Origin: Ignicoccus hospitalis KIN4/I
GTDB lineage: Archaea > Thermoproteota > Thermoprotei_A > Sulfolobales > Ignicoccaceae
NCBI RefSeq assembly: GCF_000017945.1
Contig: NC_009776.1
Span: 960,001-992,000, forward strand
Direction of reading: 5' to 3'
DNA length: 32,000 nt
This document shows, piece by piece, positions 7,973 to 16,578 of this stretch. The position numbers and the translations under genes were made by a program. The notes beneath the pieces were generated by a model. It worked only from the letters and a program-made list of their open reading frames with translations. It ran no database searches and was not told where the DNA came from. The first letter of the stretch is position 1. Every line of letters starts with the position of its first letter.

Positions 7973-9028
7973 CTACAAGTACCTTATTATGTTAAAGAAC
8001 GTGTCCCTCTGGGCCGGCACCCTCCCGGAGGTCCTAGCGTAGTGGGCCAACTCCTCCAGCGTAGCGTAGCCGTCGTGGGCTTCCGCAGACCTAAATATCT
8101 TCTCGCTGAAGGCCGTGCCCACCAAGTCGGAGCCGCCGAAGTTGAGCAGCGCGGAGGCGTACTTCTTCCCGTACCCGACCCAGTACACGGATATGTTGTT
8201 GATGAACCCGTTCAGCACTATCCTCGATATGGCTACTACCTTGGCGTCGTAGGGGGCGGGGGCCTCGTGCTTAACCAGTCCCTTCCTCCAGAGCTCCGTG
8301 TTCTTGGGTTTAAACTTCAAGAGGATGAAGGTCAGGAACCCCCCGGTCTTCTCTTGCAGCTCCCTAATCCTCATCAAGTGTCTAATTATGTGCTCGGGCC
8401 TCTCCACGTGCCCGTACAGCATGGTGGCGTTGGTCCTTATGCCCAGCTCGTGGGCGGTTTCGATTGTCCTGAGCCACTCCTCGGCGCTCTTGGCGGGGGC
8501 TATTACCTTGAGGACCTCGTCGTCCAACACCTCGGCCCCTCCGCCGGGCATAGCGTCTAGCCCGGCCTCCTTCAGCCTCTCTAACACTTCCTTCACGCTC
8601 ATCCTATTTATCCTGGCCAAGTAGCTCACCTCGGTGGCCGTCAAGGCTTTTATGGTTAGGAAGGGCCACCTCCTCTTCACTTCTGAGAAGAACTTCTCGA
8701 AGTACTCTACCGTGAGTTCCGGAATTATACCCCCGACCACGTGGAGCTCCGTGGCGCCCAGCCACACGGCCTCTGCAGCTTGCTTCAACATCTCTTCGAC
8801 GGACAAGAAGTAAGCCCCCTCCTCTCCCTTCTCTTTATAAAAAGCGCACAGGGGGCAGCGGTAGACGCAGACGTTGGTGTAGTTTATGTTGTAGTTGGCT
8901 ACGAAGGTAACCACGTCCCCCACGGTCTTCTTCCGGAGATCTTCGGCCATCATGCCTAGCTCGTACAAGTCGTAGTGCCACAAGTCCAAGGCTTCGGAGA
9001 AGCTAGGGGGGTCCTTCGGCGCGCTCAA
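7973..9028 (-). CDS. radical SAM enzyme of the MqnC/MqnE/CofH family (futalosine-pathway type)
   Basis: NINYTNVCVYRCPLCAF (CxxxCxxC), GATELHVVGG, LDAMPGGGAEVL, NATMLYGHVE and LQEKTGGFLTFI. Exact family member not resolved. Confidence 0.75.
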   Translation of the reverse strand: MSAPKDPPSFSEALDLWHYDLYELGMMAEDLRKKTVGDVVTFVANYNINYTNVCVYRCPLCAFYKEKGEEGAYFLSVEEMLKQAAEAVWLGATELHVVGGIIPELTVEYFEKFFSEVKRRWPFLTIKALTATEVSYLARINRMSVKEVLERLKEAGLDAMPGGGAEVLDDEVLKVIAPAKSAEEWLRTIETAHELGIRTNATMLYGHVERPEHIIRHLMRIRELQEKTGGFLTFILLKFKPKNTELWRKGLVKHEAPAPYDAKVVAISRIVLNGFINNISVYWVGYGKKYASALLNFGGSDLVGTAFSEKIFRSAEAHDGYATLEELAHYARTSGRVPAQRDTFFNIIRYL

Positions 9029-9070
9029 AACCTTTTGACCCGTAGCCCCCCGGGCGAGCGAGAGGTTTTC

Positions 9071-9129
9071 AGCGATGAGGGTTACGGGACCTAGTCCGAG
9101 GCGGTGAGGAGGTGGACCGGCCCCGAGCT
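9071..9129 (+). ncRNA. candidate box C/D sRNA with non-canonical boxes (sR-b)
   Basis: Stem AGC 9071-9073 pairs with GCU 9127-9129. C box AUGAGGG 9075-9081; 14-nt spacer; D' CCGA 9096-9099; linker GGCG; C' GUGAGGA 9104-9110; 12-nt spacer; D CCGA 9123-9126. Both box pairs give G:A, A:G, G-C, G-C. Confidence 0.55.
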
Positions 9130-10469
9130 CAGACCTCCATGTCCCTAACTCTGACCTTCAAGTACTTCCGCGGGTCAGCTATCTTGCCCTCCACCGCGCT
9201 CGCCGCCGCAGTGGCGGGGCTCGCTAGGTAGACCTTGCTCGTCCGGTGCCCGCTCCTCCCCCTGAAGTTTCTATTGGTAGTGAACAAGCCCACCTCGTTG
9301 GGGCCCAGTACTCCGTAGTGTGCCCCAACGCACGGGCCGCAAGTGCCGAAGGTGACCAAGCACCCGGCCTCGGTGAGCACGTCCACGTAGCCCTTCTTGA
9401 GCGCTTGCAAGTACACGTTCCTGGAGGCAGTTATGACTATACACCTAGTGTTCGGGGCCACCTTCTTCCCCTTCAGTATCCTCGCGGCCACTGCCACGTC
9501 TTCGAGCCTGCCGTTGGTACAGCTGCCTATGAACACTTGGTCCACCTCTATGCCCTCCACCTCGCTCACCGGAACGGAGTTCGCCGGCGAGTAGGGCTTT
9601 GCCACCATCGGCTCTATCTCGCTCAAGTCGTAGGTGAACTCGTCCTTGTAGTGGGCCCCGGGGTCGGGGAAGGTGAGCTCGGGCTTAGGGACTCCCCTAG
9701 CCCGGCCCTCCACGAACCTCATGACTTCTTCGTCGGCGGGCATGAGGCCTACCTTGGCTCCCATCTCGACCACCATGTTGCTCACCGTCAGCCTGGAGTC
9801 TATCCTCATGTCCTTCAAGCCGTCGCCGACGAACTCCGCGCTCATGTAGGTCGCTCCGTCCTCCTTCAAGTCGCCTATTATCTTCAGTATTAGGTCTTTA
9901 CTCATTACACCCTCCCTAAACTTGCCGATCAGGTTGAACTTGAGCGCCTCCGGGACCTTGAACCATATCCTACCGGTCATCATCGCTATGGCGGCGTCTG
10001 TGGAGCCCACGCCGGTGGCAAAGGAGCCCAGGGCGCCGTAGGTTACTGTGTGGGAGTCCGCCCCCACGAACACCGAGCCGGGCCACGCCCTCCCCTCCTC
10101 CACCATCACTTGGTGGCATATCCCGGTGCCCACGTCGTAGAGGGTGCACTTGTGCTTCCTACAGAACCTCCTCATCTCTATGTGAAGCTCTGAGGTGCCG
10201 GGGTTGTTGCTGGGGGCGGTGTGGTCTATCACGAAGGCTACCTTCTCGGGGTCGAAGACCCTCTCCTCCCCGAACCTCTCCCTCATTACTTTGATGGCAA
10301 GCGGGGCGGTCCCGTCTTGGGCCATTACTCCGTCCACGTCCACTACGACCAGCTCGCCCGGGCTCACTTCCTTACCGACCTTGGCCCCCAGTATCTTCTC
10401 TGCAATCGTGCTCGGCAAGGTATTTCCCCAAAGGGGTTTTGGGAGAGGGATAAGTGTTTTCCCCCTCAC
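9129..10469 (-). CDS. leuC: 3-isopropylmalate/homoaconitate dehydratase large subunit (aconitase family)
   Basis: IDHTAPS, GADSHT, GSCTNGR and NRNFRGR cluster-ligand motifs. Start is GTG 10469 (GTGA overlap with the upstream ORF) or TTG 10418. No small-subunit gene is adjacent. Confidence 0.9.
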   Translation of the reverse strand: MRGKTLIPLPKPLWGNTLPSTIAEKILGAKVGKEVSPGELVVVDVDGVMAQDGTAPLAIKVMRERFGEERVFDPEKVAFVIDHTAPSNNPGTSELHIEMRRFCRKHKCTLYDVGTGICHQVMVEEGRAWPGSVFVGADSHTVTYGALGSFATGVGSTDAAIAMMTGRIWFKVPEALKFNLIGKFREGVMSKDLILKIIGDLKEDGATYMSAEFVGDGLKDMRIDSRLTVSNMVVEMGAKVGLMPADEEVMRFVEGRARGVPKPELTFPDPGAHYKDEFTYDLSEIEPMVAKPYSPANSVPVSEVEGIEVDQVFIGSCTNGRLEDVAVAARILKGKKVAPNTRCIVITASRNVYLQALKKGYVDVLTEAGCLVTFGTCGPCVGAHYGVLGPNEVGLFTTNRNFRGRSGHRTSKVYLASPATAAASAVEGKIADPRKYLKVRVRDMEV

Positions 10470-10723
10470 GGGCTCAGGGGCAAGGTCCCCGCGGGGAGGG
10501 CCTTGAGGGTCGCGACCACCTCCGGAGGGGCCTTAACCCAAGAGCCCCTCTTCTCGTCCCACTGGAAGACCTCCACCTTGCCCCTCCGGAGGTGAAGCTT
10601 CACCTTTATCGTCTCGAAGGACCACCCGTGGAACCCCACGGGCTTGGGCATCTCCAAAACCAGGCTCCTCCGGGAGGACTTGAGGACCTTGAGCCGGTCT
10701 AGTACAAACCTCAAACGGGACAC
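10466..10723 (-). CDS. hypothetical 85-aa protein
   Basis: ORF with the local codon style. Its TGA overlaps the GTG of leuC (GTGA at 10466-10469). No recognisable motif. Confidence 0.4.
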   Translation of the reverse strand: MSRLRFVLDRLKVLKSSRRSLVLEMPKPVGFHGWSFETIKVKLHLRRGKVEVFQWDEKRGSWVKAPPEVVATLKALPAGTLPLSP

Positions 10724-10825
10724 CGGCGTGTGGCCTTCCGAACTCCTCCCTATTCACCTTTTCGTTTTGCAGAGAGGGTATGAAACTGAAATATTCTAAC
10801 GATAGGAAAGGCTCGGGGTGAGGCC

Positions 10826-11314
10826 TTGAGGCTGAACAAGAAAGTGGAGGCGGAGATAGCGATAGCGGCCGTCGTAGTGGCTTCGGTTGTGGTAGGCTTC
10901 TTGGCGTATCAATACGGCAAGAGCTCGGCGAGCTGTCTTTACCCAACGGAGAGGAGCTCGGTGCTCCTGAACATGTTCGGCAAGATAGTAGCGGTGCCGC
11001 CGGGCGAGGAGGTCGAGGGGGACTGGGGGAAGGCCTACTACCAGTCCCGCTGCAGCGAGGCGGAGCTGAAGCTGGAGTTCAAGTCGGGCTTAAAGATCTA
11101 CATAGAGGGCAAGCCCAACGGGAACTTAGTGGTGACGAGCGAGTTCAACGGGAAGAAGTGCACTAAGGAGATAGAGGCCGTTCCGGTGTTGCCCTACGTG
11201 ACGGTCACGGCGACCGTTAACAGAGTGCTGGTGAGCGCGTACGGGAGGATACTGGTAATAGACTTACAGCCGGAGCTCAGCTGTAGGATTGCCGGAGTCG
11301 GCGGGGGGCGATGA
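10826..11314 (+). CDS. hypothetical protein with an N-terminal membrane anchor or signal
   Basis: 162 aa. A hydrophobic AIAAVVVASVVVGFLAY follows a charged N-terminus, and the rest is beta-rich with 4 Cys. An AT-rich stretch (about 10780-10800) lies upstream. Confidence 0.5.
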   Translation: MRLNKKVEAEIAIAAVVVASVVVGFLAYQYGKSSASCLYPTERSSVLLNMFGKIVAVPPGEEVEGDWGKAYYQSRCSEAELKLEFKSGLKIYIEGKPNGNLVVTSEFNGKKCTKEIEAVPVLPYVTVTATVNRVLVSAYGRILVIDLQPELSCRIAGVGGGR

Positions 11315-11366
11315 AGAGGGTCCGGTCTTTCGGATCGGTGAAGAGCTGCCGGACCCCTCCCGAGCC
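11307..11366 (+). ncRNA. weaker candidate box C/D sRNA (sR-c)
   Basis: Stem GGC 11307-11309 pairs with GCC 11364-11366. C box AUGAAGA 11311-11317 contains the UGA stop of the upstream gene; 13-nt spacer; D' CGGA 11331-11334; linker UCG; C' GUGAAGA 11338-11344; 15-nt spacer (long); D CCGA 11360-11363. Confidence 0.35.
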
Positions 11367-11368
11367 GC

Positions 11369-13030
11369 TCACTCTATTCCTATCACCACCTCCGGGAGCT
11401 TGTCCTCCGGAACCCCCAGCTTTTTCGCTATCAACTTCTTTAGCTTCTCCTCTATCTCCTCCTCGCTCACCGTGGGCTTCCTGGTCTCTGGGTCCACGCT
11501 CAAGACCTTCAAGCTCCTCGCTATCTCCGGCACGTACTTGAGGAAGGTTATTACCTTCTCCGCGAGCTCCTCTTCCTTCCTCTTCTTAATTATGAACCTC
11601 TTCAGCCTCCTCGCCGCCTCTTGGAGGGCGAGCCTTATCTCGGCCTCTATCTCCGGCACGTCCGCTATGGTGTCCTTGCTCACGTCCTTAAACGGGACCT
11701 TGGTACTCGCCACGTGGACCAAGACCACTAAGGGGGCGGGGAAGGAGACCTCGTAGTTCTTCCAGTTGAGCTCGCTCACCACCTTCCAGCTCACGTCGTT
11801 CCTCTCATTGTAGAGGAGGGGGGTCTTGTTGGCGTACCTAAGCAAGACCGGGGCGTCGGAGGGGGGTATTTCGCCTCCGTAAGCTATGCCCACCTCCACC
11901 ACGAACGGGTGGCCGGAGTAGGAGGAGGGCCTCCTGCTCACCGCAGTTACGAACTCCGGGTTCAACATGCTCTTGAGGCCTATCTTTATGAGCTTCTCCC
12001 CGATAGGCGAGAGGGCTTCCTTGCTGGGGGCCTTGTACCTCTTGGTCGTCCCGTACTCTTTCATCGCGTTGACCAAGGCTTTGATCTGTTCCTCCGTAAG
12101 CTTCTTCGGCTCTAGGTCCGGCTCCAAGCCGGCCATGCTCAATATCGCCTTAGCGGTCTTCGCACCCACCGCTTGGAACTCGGTGGTCAACATCTGGAGC
12201 AAGGTCTTCGCAGTGGTCAGCTGCGCTATCCTCTTCATAGTTTCTATATCTATGCCCAGCGGGTGGGGCTTCACCTCCTTGGGGGGCTTGGGCATTTCCT
12301 TGGTCCTTCTGGGGTATCTAATTAACGTCCCGTCGGGCGTGATTAGGGTTATGTCCGCGTAGGGCGCCACGATGGCAGTCCTCCGGACGTACTCTACGAC
12401 CTTACTCCTCGCCCTCCTCCAGTTCCCCTCTATGATTACGCTCACCCTGGTCCCGTGCCAGTCGCCGGACTTTGTCCACGAGCCCCTTTCCTTCACGTCC
12501 GGCTCGTTGGTGCTTATGTTAGTGGACACCTTGAACCTGTAGGTCATTTTGTCCTTTATAGGGCTGGAAATTACCGTGGCGGGCTCGCCGGTGGTCTTCT
12601 GCGCGTAGAGGACCGCGGCCTTCACACCTAGGCCGTAGGTTCCTCTGGTCTGCCTCTCCACGTACTTGGAGCTGTACAGCATCCTGCCGAAGGCGTAAGG
12701 TATCTTGTCTTGCGGCACCCCGATCCCGTTGTCGTCCACCGTTATTCTGTAAATTCCGTCCTTGGAGCCCTTGATCTCCTTCTTTTCTTCCTCTTCCTTC
12801 GAAGCCTTTGCCTCATTCAGCCTCTCGATAACTATAGTTATTCTGGGCAGTATTCCGTGAGTTTCTGTGGCGTCTAAGGAGTTGTCCAACATTTCCTTAA
12901 CGGTTTGGAATATCGCCCTCGTGTAGTTGTCGAACCCGGTGAGCTCTATGTTGCGGAAGAAGAACTCCGCCGGCCCGATTGCCTTGAAGCGCTCCTCGCC
13001 CCTCTCGCTCTGGACGCGCTGCTTGGGCAT
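11369..13030 (-). CDS. top6B: DNA topoisomerase VI subunit B
   Basis: 553 aa. GHKL ATPase motifs (EMLDNSLDA, DNGIGV, GTYGLGVKA), a helix-2-turn-helix region and a transducer domain. No top6A gene is adjacent. Confidence 0.93.
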   Translation of the reverse strand: MPKQRVQSERGEERFKAIGPAEFFFRNIELTGFDNYTRAIFQTVKEMLDNSLDATETHGILPRITIVIERLNEAKASKEEEEKKEIKGSKDGIYRITVDDNGIGVPQDKIPYAFGRMLYSSKYVERQTRGTYGLGVKAAVLYAQKTTGEPATVISSPIKDKMTYRFKVSTNISTNEPDVKERGSWTKSGDWHGTRVSVIIEGNWRRARSKVVEYVRRTAIVAPYADITLITPDGTLIRYPRRTKEMPKPPKEVKPHPLGIDIETMKRIAQLTTAKTLLQMLTTEFQAVGAKTAKAILSMAGLEPDLEPKKLTEEQIKALVNAMKEYGTTKRYKAPSKEALSPIGEKLIKIGLKSMLNPEFVTAVSRRPSSYSGHPFVVEVGIAYGGEIPPSDAPVLLRYANKTPLLYNERNDVSWKVVSELNWKNYEVSFPAPLVVLVHVASTKVPFKDVSKDTIADVPEIEAEIRLALQEAARRLKRFIIKKRKEEELAEKVITFLKYVPEIARSLKVLSVDPETRKPTVSEEEIEEKLKKLIAKKLGVPEDKLPEVVIGIE

Positions 13031-13059
13031 TTCTAAGCCCTTTGTAGTCTCGGGAGCTT

Positions 13060-13078
13060 CCTTATTAGTTTAAAAAGG
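13060..13078 (-). promoter_or_regulatory. A/T-rich element: oligo-T terminator signal after glyA plus TATA-like box for top6B
   Basis: The minus strand reads CCTTTTTAAACTAATAAGG. The T5 run starts 12 nt after the glyA stop. TTTTTAAA/TAATAA lie about 32-46 nt upstream of the top6B ATG. Confidence 0.4.
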
Positions 13079-13087
13079 ACGTAGGGC

Positions 13088-14389
13088 TCAGAGCTCCAAG
13101 GCCAGCTTCAAGTACTTCTTGAACCTCTCCTCAGCCTCCTTTAAATCGCTCAACTTGTAGCCGTACTTCACCTCTACGAACTGTTTCCTCAACTCCACGA
13201 CGTCTTCCTTTACCTTCTTCGGGTCCTCGCCGTCCATGACCCTCTTTATGAGCCTCGCGACCTCCTTCATCTCCCCTTCCTTCATCCCGAACCTCGTCAT
13301 CTCTTGGACTCCCATCCTTATTCCGCTGGGGTTCGCTATGGCGTCTGGGGGGTCCCACGGCAACAAGTTCTTGTTAACTATTATGTTAGCCTCTTCGAGC
13401 TTCTTAGCTATCTCCGACCCTCCTCCGAACTCCCTCACGTCTATCACCACTTGATGTGTCCTGGTGAAGCCCAAGCGTTCGCCGAGCACCTTCACCCCCA
13501 AGGCGTGGAGCTCCTCCGCTAAGGCCTTCGCGTTAGAAACCACTTGAGAGGCGTACTGTTCGCCGAACTCCAACATCTCCAACGCGGTGACCGCTAAGGA
13601 GGGGAGGCGGTGGGCGTGGTGGTTGCTCACGAAGACCGGGAAGACGGTCCTAGACACCTTCTTGTAAACGTCCTTGTCGTTAGTGAGTATTACTCCCCCT
13701 TGGGGGCCGGGGAAGGTCTTGTGGGTGGAGGCGGTCATCACGTCCGCGCCCTCAGACAAGGGGTTCTCTAAGGCCTTGCCGGCTATGAGCCCCAACACGT
13801 GGGCGGCGTCGTAAACCACCTTCGCCCCCACGGAGTGGGCCGCCTCGGCTATCTCCTTCACGGGGTGGGGGAAGGGGTACATGCTGCCCCCGAGGACCAC
13901 GAAGGCGGGCTCCACCTCCTCTATCATCTTTACCGCCTTATCGACGTCTATGTTTAGGTTCTCCTCGTCGTAGGGCATCTCTACTTGCTCTATGCACAAG
14001 GCTCCGAGTATGCCGAACTTGGTGTGGCTGACGTGGGAGCCCGCTTGTACCGGGGGTATTATTGCTTTCTTCTTCTCTTGTCCTAAGACGTAGAACACCG
14101 TCCCGTTGGCCGTGGTGCCGCTGACGGGCCTCACCTCGGCGTACTCGGAGTTGAAGAGCTTCTTCATGAGTTCCGTGGCCAATACCTCTATTTCGTCTAT
14201 GTACTTGGTCCCCTGGTAGTACCTCTTGAAAGGCTTGCCTTCGGCGTAGCGGTGCATCATGTCGTTCAAGTACAAGCTTTCCGCCAGAGGACTCATCACG
14301 TTTTCGCTTGCTATGAGGTTTATCGTTTGGTGCCTCCACTCGTCGTGGGCCTCAACTATTTCTATTATCTTCTTTAAGGTCTCGTGCAT
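13088..14389 (-). CDS. glyA: serine hydroxymethyltransferase
   Basis: 433 aa: [10 protein letters not shown], the [19 protein letters not shown]-lysine motif, and full-length similarity to the family pattern. Confidence 0.95.
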   Translation of the reverse strand: MHETLKKIIEIVEAHDEWRHQTINLIASENVMSPLAESLYLNDMMHRYAEGKPFKRYYQGTKYIDEIEVLATELMKKLFNSEYAEVRPVSGTTANGTVFYVLGQEKKKAIIPPVQAGSHVSHTKFGILGALCIEQVEMPYDEENLNIDVDKAVKMIEEVEPAFVVLGGSMYPFPHPVKEIAEAAHSVGAKVVYDAAHVLGLIAGKALENPLSEGADVMTASTHKTFPGPQGGVILTNDKDVYKKVSRTVFPVFVSNHHAHRLPSLAVTALEMLEFGEQYASQVVSNAKALAEELHALGVKVLGERLGFTRTHQVVIDVREFGGGSEIAKKLEEANIIVNKNLLPWDPPDAIANPSGIRMGVQEMTRFGMKEGEMKEVARLIKRVMDGEDPKKVKEDVVELRKQFVEVKYGYKLSDLKEAEERFKKYLKLALEL

Positions 14390-14409
14390 CCCCTTGTCCC
14401 TAAAAACTC

Positions 14410-15261
14410 TCAGCCCGCGGGAGTAAATATTGACAGTTGGTACCAGTACTTCTTCATCATTACCGCGTCCTCCTCCAAGTTCGGTGACTCACTTATGAGA
14501 ACTCCCTTAACGTTGAACTCCTTCAACACCTCCAGTAACTCTTTCCACCTCATGTCTGACTCCTCCAAGTTCAAGTGGGTTCCGTGCTTGTCCAGCTTTA
14601 TCCCGGAGACGTGAATGTGCATGTTGTCCAAGGCGAACCTTCCCAACTCCTTCTCCAGCTTCTCGAGGACCGCCCTAAACTCCTCCTTGCTGTTCCAGCC
14701 CTCCCTGTACCTCAAGTGGGCGAAGTCCACGCAGGGGAGCACTATGTCGAACTCTTGGGATAGCTTTATGACCTCGTCCAGTGAGCCGAACTTGCTCTTC
14801 AGCTCCATAGTTTCTGGCCTTATCCACACGTCCAGCCCGAGCTCCTTCACCCTCTCCACTACCTCCGCCAAGGCGTCCCTGATCCTCTTGTACACTACGG
14901 AGGGGGCCTTCTTCATGTACCACCCGGGGTGGAAGACCACGCTCCACCCTCCGGCGGCGTGGAGGACCTTAGCGCTTTGGACTATGTACTCTATGCTCCT
15001 CTTCCTCTTCTCCTCCTCCGGCGAGGCGAGGTTTACGTAGTAAGGGGCGTGGGCGGTCAACACCACGTCCAGCTCCCTAGCCACCTTGCCCGCCTCCCTG
15101 GCCTTCTCCTCACTCATCCTAACTCCCCTGACGAACTCAAGCTCCATGGCGTCCAACCCAAGTTCCTTCACTCTCTTTATTCCCTCTATCACGTTCCTCT
15201 TCTTCGCGGAGTTCGGTATCCCCGCCGGCCCGAACCTAAGCCGGTCTATCTGGAAGGGCAT
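14410..15261 (-). CDS. nfo: endonuclease IV-type AP endonuclease (xylose isomerase-like TIM barrel)
   Basis: 283 aa: [51 protein letters not shown] and ISESPN. These are the metal-ligand His/Asp/Glu positions of AP endonuclease family 2. Confidence 0.85.
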   Translation of the reverse strand: MPFQIDRLRFGPAGIPNSAKKRNVIEGIKRVKELGLDAMELEFVRGVRMSEEKAREAGKVARELDVVLTAHAPYYVNLASPEEEKRKRSIEYIVQSAKVLHAAGGWSVVFHPGWYMKKAPSVVYKRIRDALAEVVERVKELGLDVWIRPETMELKSKFGSLDEVIKLSQEFDIVLPCVDFAHLRYREGWNSKEEFRAVLEKLEKELGRFALDNMHIHVSGIKLDKHGTHLNLEESDMRWKELLEVLKEFNVKGVLISESPNLEEDAVMMKKYWYQLSIFTPAG

Positions 15262-15349
15262 GAGGTCGCCCGCGAGGCCTTAGGCCGGCCTAACTTTAAT
15301 TCGAAAAGCCTTCTAAAGTCCCGTCCGAGGCCCTCGCGGGGACGTCGAA

Positions 15350-15601
15350 GTGGAAGTCGTTATAGTGTCGTACAGGAGGGGCTCTAACGACCAGAACCCC
15401 CACCAAGTCTTGGTCCGCTTCCCCAGCTACCGGGACGCCGCCTCCGCCGTGAGGAGCAAGATAATCTACGAGGACGAGCACGGCAACGTATACGTCGGGA
15501 AGGTGTTGAGGCCCCACGGCAAGAAGGGGGTGGCGATAGCGGTATTCAAGCCCAACTTGCCGGGACAGGCGATGGGCAAGGTAGCCAAGGTGGAGCGATG
15601 A
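15350..15601 (+). CDS. rpl35ae: 50S ribosomal protein L35Ae (eL33)
   Basis: 83 aa: VSYRRGSNDQNPHQVLV...GKVLRPHGKKGVAIAVFKPNLPGQAMG, the L35Ae signature. GTG start. Confidence 0.9.
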   Translation: MEVVIVSYRRGSNDQNPHQVLVRFPSYRDAASAVRSKIIYEDEHGNVYVGKVLRPHGKKGVAIAVFKPNLPGQAMGKVAKVER

Positions 15602-15652
15602 GGAGCGCGAACCTCCCCTGAAGGGTGATGGAAACAGCCCGCGGCCGAGCTC
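15593..15652 (+). ncRNA. candidate box C/D sRNA (sR-d), the best example
   Basis: Stem GAGC 15593-15596 pairs with GCUC 15649-15652. C box AUGAGGA 15598-15604 contains the rpl35ae UGA stop; 13-nt spacer; canonical D' CUGA 15618-15621; linker AGG; near-canonical C' GUGAUGG 15625-15631; 13-nt spacer; D CCGA 15645-15648. It exactly fills the tail-to-tail gap. Confidence 0.6.
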
Positions 15653-16094
15653 ATAGGAACTTAGCGCAGTCAGAGGGGACGTAGCCCAAGAACGAGGCCT
15701 CGCCCTCCCCCACCAGCTTTCTTATGGAGGTGGCCAAACTCTTCATGAGCTCGAACATCTCCTTCAAGCTCTCAGCCGCGGGCGGCCTCGCGGCGATTAG
15801 GATCACCTCTTGGTCCTCTTCCGCCGAGATGAGGGCCGGTAAGATGGCTTCTAGCGCTTCCTTCTTCAACTCGTGCTTACCCTTCTTCACCATAATTCTA
15901 ATGACCACTGGGATCAACTTCTTGTTTAAGTTATCGTAATACACCCTCAACGCTACGTAAGGCTCGTCGGAGAAGACCAAATCGAAGCAGTTGGTCCCGT
16001 AGGTCACGCTCTCCTCCGCGGCGGAGAAGGCCTCTATCGAGGGGAGGCCTTGGGCCTCGAACGCCTCGGCCAGCTCTTTCAAGTCGAAGCGCAA
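15651..16094 (-). CDS. hypothetical 147-aa protein
   Basis: This is the C-terminal part of the 320-aa track ORF. An in-frame TTG at 16094 gives MRFDLKELAEAFEAQG.... The upstream part of the ORF is antisense to the CBS gene. No recognisable family. Confidence 0.5.
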   Translation of the reverse strand: MRFDLKELAEAFEAQGLPSIEAFSAAEESVTYGTNCFDLVFSDEPYVALRVYYDNLNKKLIPVVIRIMVKKGKHELKKEALEAILPALISAEEDQEVILIAARPPAAESLKEMFELMKSLATSIRKLVGEGEASFLGYVPSDCAKFL

Positions 16095-16146
16095 CGCGCT
16101 CTCCCCATATAACCTCCGGCCCGGTCGTGAAAACCGGTGGAAGAGG

Positions 16147-16578
16147 GTGCGCCCGATTACGGTCGCGGACGTCATGTCCAAGCCCGTGGTGGTGATAGGG
16201 GTCAACAACACCTTGAGGGAAGCGGCAAAGGAGATGATGGATAAGGGCGTGGGGAGCTTGGTCGTGGTGGACGAGAAGGGGGACGTCGTGGGAATAATAA
16301 CCGAGAGGGACGTGGTGAGGGCGGTAGCAGAGGGGAAGGACTTGAACGCGCCGGTCTCAGAGGTCATGACTCCCGACGTGCTCACCGTGTCTCCGGAGAC
16401 CAGCGTGCTCAAAGCTATAGAGACGATGAAGATGCACAACGTCCGCCACTTGCCCGTAGCTTCCGACGACGAAATAGTGGGGATGGTCTCGTTAAAGGAC
16501 TTAGCCTTCGCGGTCGCTGCCGAGATGATACTAAAGAGGATATACGAGATGTTGAAGGAGGAGCTCAGCGAGCTCTGA
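16147..16578 (+). CDS. CBS-domain pair protein
   Basis: 143 aa with two CBS repeats (VMSKPVVVIGVNNTLREAAKEMMDKGVGSLVVVD; VMTPDVLTVSPETSVLKAIETMKMHNVRHLPV). GTG start. Confidence 0.88.
   Translation: MRPITVADVMSKPVVVIGVNNTLREAAKEMMDKGVGSLVVVDEKGDVVGIITERDVVRAVAEGKDLNAPVSEVMTPDVLTVSPETSVLKAIETMKMHNVRHLPVASDDEIVGMVSLKDLAFAVAAEMILKRIYEMLKEELSEL

Noticed and set aside
7556-8560. 334-aa plus-strand ORF. Similar long antisense ORFs occur at 845-1627, 9246-9893, 19752-20312, 22064-22621, 22670-23695, 24333-24908, 24959-25525 and 25282-25764.
   Set aside because: These are shadow ORFs opposite or out of frame with strongly conserved genes. Their Arg/Gly/Pro/Leu/His-rich composition is typical of stop-poor alternative frames in GC-rich DNA.
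10780-10835. AUGAAAC, 12 nt, ACGA ... GUGAGGC, 7 nt, CUGA in the divergent region upstream of the 162-aa gene.
   Set aside because: The linker (15 nt) and second spacer (7 nt) do not fit a C/D sRNA. The AT-rich stretch is better explained as the promoter.
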